DNA of 32,000 nt from Archaeoglobus fulgidus DSM 4304 (GTDB lineage: Archaea; Halobacteriota; Archaeoglobi; Archaeoglobales; Archaeoglobaceae). Below, one piece after another: positions 25,165 through 32,000 of this stretch. The stretch spans positions 1,020,001 to 1,052,000 of the forward strand of contig NC_000917.1 in assembly GCF_000008665.1 (NCBI RefSeq), read 5' to 3'. Numbering within the stretch: position 1 is the first letter of the stretch; every line of letters begins with the position of its first letter. The notes below the pieces were generated by a model. It searched no databases. It worked only from the letters and a program-made list of their open reading frames with translations, and was not told where the DNA came from. A program made the position numbers and the translations under genes.

Positions 25165-25814
25165 TAATCGAATCGCTAAAGGAGGGGTTGAGAGGAGGGG
25201 ATAGAGAGGGGAGGTGCGCCGTAATCGCAGCCTCCTTGCTGTCAATCTCCGTTTACGTTTCCGGCATGGCGTTTGAGGTTGCAATTGCTGCAATAGCAAT
25301 CTCACTGATAGCCACTAAGGGGAGAAGCCTGAAGCTCCTGAGAGCTTTTCTACCATTCTACCTTCTATTTGCCATTACCGCACTTTTCTCTGGAATATCT
25401 GCTTTAAAGACTCTTTTGGCGTTCCTGGCAATAATATCCTCTGGCTCCATAGTATTCTCCTCTCAACCGTCCGAAGTTTCCGGAGCGTTGCTGTTCTTCA
25501 GGTTCCCCGAAAAATTTGTAAGCCTGCTTCAAATTGCTCTGTCGATGCTTCCAGTTGTAGTCAGCGACTTTGAGAACGTGAAGAGCCTTTACGGCAGGTC
25601 TTATTACAGACTGCTAAAGGCCTTCGTCTCAACCGCCATTTTGAGGGCGGTTAGCTTCTCAGAGTCGCTATACTCTAAGAACTTCAGCTACAAAGCGGTC
25701 AAGAAAATGAGAAGACCGGAAAAAGCTGATTATCTCCTTTTACTCGCTTCAACGGCGGTTTTCGTTTATGCAATATCTCTTGAGGTGTCAACCTGGATGC
25801 CCTCTTCAACGTAG
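25161..25814 (+). CDS. ECF-transporter transmembrane T-component (CbiQ/BioN family)
   Basis: 217 aa polytopic protein. ATGA overlap with the ATPase gene. The conserved cytoplasmic coupling-helix region resembles CbiQ/EcfT (QIALSMLPVVVSDFENVKSLYGRS). Confidence 0.75.
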   Translation: MIIESLKEGLRGGDREGRCAVIAASLLSISVYVSGMAFEVAIAAIAISLIATKGRSLKLLRAFLPFYLLFAITALFSGISALKTLLAFLAIISSGSIVFSSQPSEVSGALLFFRFPEKFVSLLQIALSMLPVVVSDFENVKSLYGRSYYRLLKAFVSTAILRAVSFSESLYSKNFSYKAVKKMRRPEKADYLLLLASTAVFVYAISLEVSTWMPSST

Positions 25815-26476
25815 AATCTGAAGTACTCGGTAACGGGTCTCTTTCCTCTCAGTTTGGGCACCGCAAACTTGCTGACCAATCTCTCTCCAACCCTCTCCAC
25901 TTCGATGTCAAACACCACGTCAGAGATGTCCAGAACTTTGTTGACCACATCCACCGGATGAAGGTTTTTGATAAGGTGACAGTAAACCACAACACCCTTC
26001 TCCTTTGCAAGGGTATAAAGCTTGTTTATCAACCAGTCTTTGAGCCCCCAGTCAGTGTTGAGGTTCAGGAAGAAGGAGAGGGAGTCGATGATCACGTTGT
26101 ACTCACCGCTCTCCTCTTCTGCAATTCTTGAAAGCCTGTCGTCAACGTAGTCGAAAATTTCCTTGTCCCTGTATCTGTCTTCAACGATGAACTGGCCGTA
26201 CTCGTTGAGGTAGTACTGCTCGTAAACATCAACGAAAGTAACGAAACTCGTGTCGAGACGGAGCTTTTCCATATCCTGCTTGACGAACTTTGCCGGGCGG
26301 CTGGTGGTGAAGTAGTAAGTCTTCAAAACGGTGGCAAACTGGTAAAGGAACGCCTCAGGCATCGCGAGCGGGTTGGCGTAAACACAAACAAAGCTGCCCG
26401 CCGGCAGACCCCCATCTAACCTTCTGTCAAGCAAAACGATGCCTGTTGGCACGTCTGAAGTTTTAAGTATCTGCAC
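25766..26476 (-). CDS. KaiC/RAD55-like RecA-superfamily protein with degenerate Walker A (probable pseudo-ATPase)
   Basis: 236 aa with a GTG start behind an AAGGTGG SD. It has the family N-terminus (TGIVLLDRRLDGGLPAGSFVCVY), but the P-loop position reads ANPLAMPE instead of GxPGxGKT. Walker-B-like NVIIDSLS and the C-terminal KLRGKRPVTEYFRFYVEEGIQV are retained. Confidence 0.65.
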   Translation of the reverse strand: MQILKTSDVPTGIVLLDRRLDGGLPAGSFVCVYANPLAMPEAFLYQFATVLKTYYFTTSRPAKFVKQDMEKLRLDTSFVTFVDVYEQYYLNEYGQFIVEDRYRDKEIFDYVDDRLSRIAEEESGEYNVIIDSLSFFLNLNTDWGLKDWLINKLYTLAKEKGVVVYCHLIKNLHPVDVVNKVLDISDVVFDIEVERVGERLVSKFAVPKLRGKRPVTEYFRFYVEEGIQVDTSRDIA

Positions 26477-26656
26477 AATACCACCTTGTTAGTACTTGAA
26501 TTCAAACCATTTAAGCTTTTCCATAATTATCATTATAACCGTTATATAGTCAGGTGGGAAAAAATTTTGAGGTGGGCATAGTGCTCATAACAAACATCAA
26601 CACAAAAGTTAACGGTAAAATAATAACAATTATATGGCTTTAAACGTACTATTAGC

Positions 26657-27250
26657 ATGGCTGCAAGAAAGGTCAGGATACAGACGACGATAAACTCAAA
26701 CGTTTACGAGCATTATATCAAAAAGCTTCTGCCTGAGTACGGTCAGCTAAACAAGCTTATTGAAGAAGCTGTAAAGCAGCTTTTTGAAATCAGAGAAAAT
26801 GAGTTGTCCAAGCTCGACCGTCTTAGAGCGAAGATGATGAGAGAGGCGGGAGTAATAGCCATCGGATTCGAGAGCGCTGAGAAGGCGCTCAAAGGGGAGA
26901 TCGAGAAGGTTTTAAGCGAAAACGAAATTAATTTTCTGCTGGAATGGTATTACGGAAGGCCTATTGAGAAAATTGCGTTTGAAGAGGCCATTGAGTTCAT
27001 GAGAACTGCTTTAATTGCAATGAACTGGGCTGTTGATGCCAAGGTAAACTTGGAGGGTGAGGAGACCCACATAATGGTGAGGTCGAACCTCGGAAGGGGG
27101 CTGGCAGAGCTTCTGTGCATGGTCATCAAGCACTTCTTTGAGAGGAACTACGGTGTGGAGGTGAGGTTTTCCGTTTATCCTGGCGGCTACACTCTGTCTT
27201 TCAGGCATGTTAGCACCGATGCTTATCCGTGCTCAAGCGTGAGGGAGTAA
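26657..27250 (+). CDS. hypothetical protein with N-terminal ribbon-helix-helix-like segment (putative DNA-binding)
   Basis: 197 aa. The N-terminus KVRIQTTINSNVYEHYIKKLLPEYGQLNKLIEEAVKQL fits a beta-alpha-alpha RHH pattern, and the C-terminal ~130 aa are unrecognised. A TATA box (AATTATAT, 26628-26635) is centred ~26 nt upstream of the ATG (leaderless). Confidence 0.5.
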   Translation: MAARKVRIQTTINSNVYEHYIKKLLPEYGQLNKLIEEAVKQLFEIRENELSKLDRLRAKMMREAGVIAIGFESAEKALKGEIEKVLSENEINFLLEWYYGRPIEKIAFEEAIEFMRTALIAMNWAVDAKVNLEGEETHIMVRSNLGRGLAELLCMVIKHFFERNYGVEVRFSVYPGGYTLSFRHVSTDAYPCSSVRE

Positions 27251-27261
27251 GCTAACATTTA

Positions 27262-27301
27262 AACATTGTAATCTCAAAAGATTAAAATACTCTTCAATGT
27301 T
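27262..27301. promoter_or_regulatory. promoter/operator region of the SCP2-ACAD cluster: AACATTG...CAATGTT inverted repeat enclosing TATA (ATTAAAAT 27281-27288)
   Basis: 7-bp arms at 27262-27268 and 27295-27301, with an inner hairpin TAATCT-caaa-AGATTA (27269-27284). The TATA centre is ~27 nt upstream of ATG 27312. Confidence 0.4.
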
Positions 27302-27311
27302 TTGATTGAAC

Positions 27312-27932
27312 ATGGCAGTTGTGTTTCCGTCGAAGGAGTGGATGGAGGAGCTTTATAAAAAAGTAAACGCCGATGAAGAGTACAGAAGGGTTGCTGCGAA
27401 CTGGGAGGGGGACTACCTTTGCGTTGTTGAGCTGGACGAGGAGGCTTTGAGGGACTTCCAGAATCCGAAGGTGCTGAGAGGCTTTTTAGGCATGCTTGAC
27501 AGCATTCCAAAGGAGAAGAGGGAAAGGTTCAGGGGAACACCGAGCGAGAAGTTGCTCGAAGCTCTTGGACTGTCCCTTGATTCTGATCTGAGCGATGCAA
27601 ACGTTGAGGAGATCGCGAAGAAGATTGCCGAAAATCCGGACAAGATACTGGAGGCTGCGAAGGGTGCATCGCTCAACATCTGGATGGACTTCTGGCACGG
27701 CGACTTCAGAAACATTGAGGTTGCTGCGCCGGGAGAGCACGAGGATGCGAAGTTCAAGCTCATAGGTCCTTATGCTGTGTTCAAGCAGCTCGTTATGGGC
27801 AAGGCTGACGCTATCACTCTTGTTGTGAGCGGCAAGTTGAAATTGCAGGGAGATATGGGCTACATGATGCGAAACATGGCAACAGTCAAGAAGTTTACTG
27901 ACCTGATGGCATCCATCCCCATCGAGACTTAA
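27312..27932 (+). CDS. SCP2 sterol-carrier-like domain protein
   Basis: Track ORF 27306..27932. The N-terminus FPSKEWMEELYKKVNADEEYRRVAANWEGDY and the C-terminus GKLKLQGDMGYMMRNM are typical of SCP2-fold lipid-binding proteins. Start set to ATG 27312. Confidence 0.7.
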   Translation: MAVVFPSKEWMEELYKKVNADEEYRRVAANWEGDYLCVVELDEEALRDFQNPKVLRGFLGMLDSIPKEKRERFRGTPSEKLLEALGLSLDSDLSDANVEEIAKKIAENPDKILEAAKGASLNIWMDFWHGDFRNIEVAAPGEHEDAKFKLIGPYAVFKQLVMGKADAITLVVSGKLKLQGDMGYMMRNMATVKKFTDLMASIPIET

Positions 27933-27952
27933 CTTATTTTTTGGTGGTATGG

Positions 27953-29257
27953 ATGCCAAAGTACCTCGACCTCGATGAGCTCAGCGAAGAAGACAGGATG
28001 CTCAAGGAGGAGGTCCACAGGTTTGCTGAGGAGGTAATAAGGCCCGCATCGATTGAGCTGGACAGAATGCCTCCCGAAGAGAGAGTTAAGCCGGGTTCGC
28101 CCTACTTCAAGGTCTGGAAGCAGATTAAAAAGCTCGGCTACCACCGCATGTACCTGCCCGAGAACAAAGGCGGTCCGGGCTTGACACCCTTGCAGCGCTA
28201 CATTCTCTTCGAGGAGATTGCGTGGGGAAGTCTTGGCTTCGCCACCGCTTTGGGAGTGGACATGATTCCCTTCGTTTCGGCAGCGTTTTTCGGGACTCCT
28301 GAGATTTACGAGGACCTTGTCGTTCCTTGGATTGAGGACAGCGAGGGAAAATTCCACGGATGCTGGGGTGTAACAGAGCCGGAGCACGGAAGCGATTACC
28401 TGATTACGCTCAGAGAGGAGCCGGAACTCGTTGCGAAGTTCGGTAAGGGAAACGTTGTAGCTGAGAAGGACGGGGATGAGTGGGTTATAAGCGGGCAGAA
28501 GTCCGCCTGGGTTTCCTCCGCTCCGGTTGCAACTCACTGCGGATTGCATGCACAGCTTAAAGGGTCAAGAAGTATCGCTGAGGGGCTTTTCTGCATAGTT
28601 CCCCTCGATGCGGATGGTGTGAAGAAGGGAAGGCCAGCGGACATGCTCGGAATGAGAGATGACCCGCAGGGAGAGCTTTTCTTCGACGGCGTAAGGATTC
28701 CGGAGCACTACGTTGTTGTGGCTCCAGGCTTTTTCTACGGCGTATTCTTTGATCAGCTTCTCTGCCTGACAAGCTGCGGGATGGGAGCTTTTGCTGTTGG
28801 CCTCGCGAGGGCCTGCTTCGAGGAGGCCTTGCACTACGCGAGGCAGAGAGTTCAGGGAGGAGTACCCATCGTGAAGCACAAGAACGTAAAGCTGAAGCTC
28901 TACGAGATGTTCGAGAAGGTGGAGACGGCACGCTACTACGTTCGGAAGGCTACGGAGTACACTCACAAAAAGATAATAGAGCAGCAGACCGCCGACGCCT
29001 CGCCGAGGCATGCGAGAGCGGCGCAGATTTACGCGAAAAAGATAGCCTACGAGGTTGCTCACGATGCCCTTCAGATTTTCGGTGCTTACGGACTGATCAA
29101 GGAGTTCGTAATTGAGAAGTTCTTCAGGGATGCCAGGTGCATGCTTATTGAGGACGGAACGGTTGAGGTTCTCAGCCTTGAGGCGGCTGAGGATGTTATA
29201 GACAACTACGAAAAGGAGTTTTACGATGTGAACCATGTTATGAGGGTTTTGGGTTGA
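27953..29257 (+). CDS. acyl-CoA dehydrogenase family protein
   Basis: Track ORF 27941..29257. ACAD motifs are present (GCWGVTEPEHGSD; QIFGAYG; C-terminal helical domain). Start set to ATG 27953 behind a GGTGG SD. Confidence 0.88.
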   Translation: MPKYLDLDELSEEDRMLKEEVHRFAEEVIRPASIELDRMPPEERVKPGSPYFKVWKQIKKLGYHRMYLPENKGGPGLTPLQRYILFEEIAWGSLGFATALGVDMIPFVSAAFFGTPEIYEDLVVPWIEDSEGKFHGCWGVTEPEHGSDYLITLREEPELVAKFGKGNVVAEKDGDEWVISGQKSAWVSSAPVATHCGLHAQLKGSRSIAEGLFCIVPLDADGVKKGRPADMLGMRDDPQGELFFDGVRIPEHYVVVAPGFFYGVFFDQLLCLTSCGMGAFAVGLARACFEEALHYARQRVQGGVPIVKHKNVKLKLYEMFEKVETARYYVRKATEYTHKKIIEQQTADASPRHARAAQIYAKKIAYEVAHDALQIFGAYGLIKEFVIEKFFRDARCMLIEDGTVEVLSLEAAEDVIDNYEKEFYDVNHVMRVLG

Positions 29258-29266
29258 GGTGGTACT

Positions 29267-30013
29267 ATGCTGAAGGGAATTCCGCATGACTCACCTCTTT
29301 ACGAGGTGGATGAGGATAGGGGGATAGAGTACAGAAATTGCGACGCTATTGTAGGGTTTTTCACCATTAAAGGGGACGTGAGTGACCTTCTGCCGGAAGG
29401 ACTGAAGGCGTACAGCAAGCCCGCTCAGGGGGGAATATGGATTTCCCACTACTCGTTCAGCACGGTTGGGGAGTACCACGAGTACCTGACCGTGATACAG
29501 GTAGAAGACGAGCAGGGAGACATGGGGTACTACATCCCATACATATACGTGACCAACGACTCTGCCCTCGCAGCGGGAAGGGAGCTTGCGGGTGCTCCCA
29601 AAAAGCTGGCCAATATAGGGCTCGTAAAGGAGCTCGACGTTGTTATGGGTTACCTTGAGAGGCCAACGGGAAAAAGGCTCGTTACCTTCGTAATGAAGCC
29701 CAACACGAGAGCTCTAGGTGGTATGATCGATTTCGTGCTTCCAAAACCAACTTATCTCTACTCCGTCCGCCACCTGCCGCCAATAAAGGGTAAAGGTGGT
29801 GTTACGCAGCTAGTCAAGTGGTATGCGGACATAGACTTCCACGTTGACCCCAAAGGAGAAAGGGCAATCTTCATGGGGCCGGGCAACATAACCTACGACT
29901 CTCCATCGGTCATCGACCCGGTGCACAAGGTGGAGATAGACACGCTCATGACCGCACTCTACTTCCAGTTCGACATGAAGCTCGGCTTTGTTGATATTCT
30001 GAGAGAGTACTGA
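29267..30013 (+). CDS. acetoacetate decarboxylase (ADC) family protein
   Basis: 248 aa. ADC-family core YHEYLTVIQV...YIPYIYVTNDSALAAGRELAGAPKKLA (Lys-containing G-x-P-K-K motif). GAGGTGG SD upstream. Confidence 0.75.
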   Translation: MLKGIPHDSPLYEVDEDRGIEYRNCDAIVGFFTIKGDVSDLLPEGLKAYSKPAQGGIWISHYSFSTVGEYHEYLTVIQVEDEQGDMGYYIPYIYVTNDSALAAGRELAGAPKKLANIGLVKELDVVMGYLERPTGKRLVTFVMKPNTRALGGMIDFVLPKPTYLYSVRHLPPIKGKGGVTQLVKWYADIDFHVDPKGERAIFMGPGNITYDSPSVIDPVHKVEIDTLMTALYFQFDMKLGFVDILREY

Positions 30014-30116
30014 GGGGGAATATGCTCAAAAGAGGCAGAGGCGGCAATGGTTAGGTTCTGATGGGGACATACATGCAGTACAACATGGGCCTGAGGCCCG
30101 AGAAAGTTATGAGGGA

Positions 30117-31227
30117 GTGGAGGCTGTGATAGCGGTTATCGGCGCGGGAACGATGGGGGCGGCGATTGCCTTGCTTTTCGCCAACGCAGGCTTTGAGGTT
30201 ACGCTTGTGGACAAAAGCAGGGGAGCTCTCAGAAGGGCTGAGGATAGGCACAGAGGGGAAAGCTTGGAAGAGCTTGAGGAGGCAGGGTTGAGGAAGCAGG
30301 ATAATCCAGCATCTTTGATAACCTACACGACCGAGCTGAGGGTTTATGAGTGCGATTTTATTGTTGAGGCAATAGTGGAAAGGCTTCGGGATAAAATTGA
30401 GCTCTTCAGAAAAATTGAGGAGATAAACAGCCCGGCAGTTCTCGCAACAAACACCTCAAGCTTCATGCCGTCCGAGATTGCAAGACATCTCGCAAATCCA
30501 GAAAGGCTGACGCTATTCCATTTTTCCAACCCTCCCATCCTTATGCCCCTCGTCGAGGTTGGTGGGGAGATTGTTTCTGACGAAACGGTTGAGAGGGCCG
30601 TTGAGATGGCAAAGTCCATAGGCAAGGAGCCCGTGGTTTTAAGGAAGGAGTGCAGGGGGCATGTTTTGAACAGAATGCTCGCTGCTGCTGGTGTGGCGGT
30701 TGGGTACTGTCTGCTTTACAGCAGGCCGGAGGAGATTGACGCTGCACTGAGAAACCTCGGCATGAGGTACGGCTTTTTCGAAACTATCGACCTCATAGGC
30801 CTTGATGTTGCAAAGGACGTCCTTGAGAGCTTCAGGGAGTACTATGGGGATAAGTACAGGGGAATCAGAGCAATGGACTTCTTCATGGAGAAGATGGTCG
30901 AGTGGGGTAAGCTTGGAAAGAAGAGCGGTGAGGGGTTCTATAAGTGGGATGGGAGAAGGGCGAGCATCCCGGAAAGCCAATCCTGCGGATGTAACACCAC
31001 TCGTTGCCGCAATTGTCAACGAGGCGTTCAGAATCGTGGAGGACGGGATTGCTGAAGAGGAGATTGTAAACAGAGTTTACAGGCTGGCAACGAACGCGCC
31101 CTACGGTATAATTGATGCAGCCGAGCTACTTGGATACCAGTGCTTGATTGAGGCTCTGGACGATGCCTTCAATAAGACAGGCCTCGAGGTTTTCAGACCG
31201 TGCAAGACGCTAAGGAGTAAGGCTTAA
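30117..31227 (+). pseudogene. 3-hydroxyacyl-CoA dehydrogenase, reading frame broken by a 1-nt insertion (or sequencing error)
   Basis: GTG start. Rossmann motif VIGAGTMGAAIA and 3HCDH N- and C-domains are present. After ...GEGFYKWDGRRASIPE the frame turns to nonsense, while the +1 frame (track ORF 30802..31227) continues with ANPADVTPLVAAIVNEAFRIVEDGIA..., a typical second 3HCDH_C segment. The break is at the AAA run 30973-30975. Confidence 0.8.
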
Positions 31228-31250
31228 TTTTTTTGAACCAATTTTACCGC

Positions 31251-31571
31251 ATGGAGGAGCTTTTAGACATTCTGAGGGAGTTCAGGGATTCGAGGGGATG
31301 GCTTAAATACCACACTCCCAAGAATCTCGCCGTTTCAATCTCGATTGAGGTTGCTGAGCTTCTTGAGATTTTCCAGTGGACTCGCAGCAGCGATGAGGAG
31401 TTTGAGGTTCTGGAAAGGAGAAAGGGCGAAGTTGAGGAGGAAATTGCAGACGTGCTGATTTACCTCCTCTTTCTCTGTGACGTTGCCGAAATAAACCCGA
31501 TAGAGGCGGTGAAGAGAAAGATGGAGAAGAACGAGAGGAAGTATCCGAAGAACAGAGTTCACGAGTTCTGA
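31251..31571 (+). CDS. MazG-like nucleotide pyrophosphohydrolase (dCTPase/XTP3TPA-like small all-alpha NTP-PPase)
   Basis: Track ORF 31233..31571. Motifs ...HTPKNLAVSISIEVAELLEIFQW... and EEEIADVLIYLLFL (E-x-x-E...E-x-x-D metal ligands). Start set to ATG 31251. Confidence 0.75.
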   Translation: MEELLDILREFRDSRGWLKYHTPKNLAVSISIEVAELLEIFQWTRSSDEEFEVLERRKGEVEEEIADVLIYLLFLCDVAEINPIEAVKRKMEKNERKYPKNRVHEF

Positions 31572-31633
31572 TGCTTTTCCCGTAAAATCAAAAATTCGAC
31601 AACAGTTATTAACCAGCCCGCCAACTGAATCCC

Positions 31634-32000
31634 ATGCTCCCGGACGTTCAGCTTTTGAAGCCCGAAGTTCCCATAGGACTCAGCAGAGTTGGTGCTACGG
31701 GCATAAAGAAGCTTGTGGAGGTTCAGAGGGAGGGAAAAAGGCCCATCATCCTTATCTCCACCTTCGACGTTTTCGTTGACCTTCCCGCTCATCTCAAAGG
31801 CGTCAATCTTAGCAGGAACTTTGAGGTTATAGACGAGGTTCTCGAAACCCTCACCGCAAAACCGATAGAGAACATCGAGGACTTGGTTGTGGAGATAGCC
31901 GACCACCTTCTCAAAAGGCACGAGTACGCAACGAAGGCGGAGGCGAGGATGAACTCAGAGCTCATAATGAGAAAGAGAACTCCCAAAACTGGGCAGAGAA
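31634..32000 (+). CDS. mptA: GTP cyclohydrolase MptA/FolE2 family (GTP cyclohydrolase IV), N-terminal part, runs off window end
   Basis: Not in the ORF track (no stop before the window end). From ATG 31634 it reads [71 protein letters not shown].... The LPDVQ...RVG.TG.K start is characteristic of this family. The 120-aa minus-strand ORF 31559..31921 is antisense to it. Confidence 0.65.

Noticed and set aside
26570-26642. Ile/Thr/Asn-rich mini-ORF (about 20-23 aa, ...LITNINTKVNGKIITIIWL) behind a GAGGTGG in the KaiC-like/RHH intergenic region; possible leader peptide.
   Set aside because: The composition simply mirrors AT-rich DNA. It would span the proposed TATA box of the downstream gene. 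There is no independent support.
30014-30116. Possible C/D-box sRNA (UGAUGG at ~30060, CUGA at ~30093) or a 22-aa micro-ORF (MGTYMQYNMGLRPEKVMREWRL) in the gap before the 3-hydroxyacyl-CoA dehydrogenase gene.
   Set aside because: The C box is imperfect. No internal D'/C' boxes and no terminal stem are present. The micro-ORF has no SD or promoter and no recognisable features.
1-32000. Search for CRISPR arrays, tRNA/rRNA genes, IS elements or transposases, integrases and inteins (atpA/atpB).
   Set aside because: No regularly spaced short repeats were seen. No intergenic region is long enough or cloverleaf-like. No transposase- or integrase-like ORF is present. atpA (581 aa) and atpB (473 aa) have normal intein-free lengths.

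Overview
Densely coding chromosomal window from a euryarchaeon. Gene content and order, leaderless promoter geometry and an A1AO ATPase operon suggest an Archaeoglobus-like organism; this is inference and needs a BLAST check. About 40 genes are supported. The left third holds housekeeping genes: an MFS transporter fragment, a CoA-transferase, pgk, argJ, an Lrp regulator, an Lhr-type helicase, pcc1, prefoldin beta, pus10, a COG2768 Fe-S protein plus a mini KaiC-like ATPase, and a COG1407 metallophosphoesterase. A 1.17-kb low-GC islet (11900-13071) follows, then purD. The centre is a complete atpHIK-x-KECFABD operon (14657-23408). After it come a bioY/ECF transporter operon, a divergent pair of a degenerate KaiC-like protein and an RHH-like protein, an SCP2/acyl-CoA dehydrogenase/ADC-like/3-hydroxyacyl-CoA dehydrogenase cluster, a MazG-like gene and the start of mptA. 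I found no rRNA, tRNA, CRISPR array or IS element. The five most notable observations are these. (1) A base-perfect 244-bp direct repeat duplicates the c-subunit gene atpK, and an unassigned 60-aa single-pass membrane ORF exactly fills the unique spacer. (2) The low-GC islet carries a Panacea/DUF4065-like antitoxin-type gene converging on, and overlapping, a frameshifted PIN-like gene. (3) Two uncharacterised KaiC-like modules sit in distinctive contexts. (4) A BirA-operator-like inverted repeat overlaps the bioY start. (5) Two genes are disrupted by one extra A in an A-run. All family assignments come from reading motifs by eye; no database search was possible.
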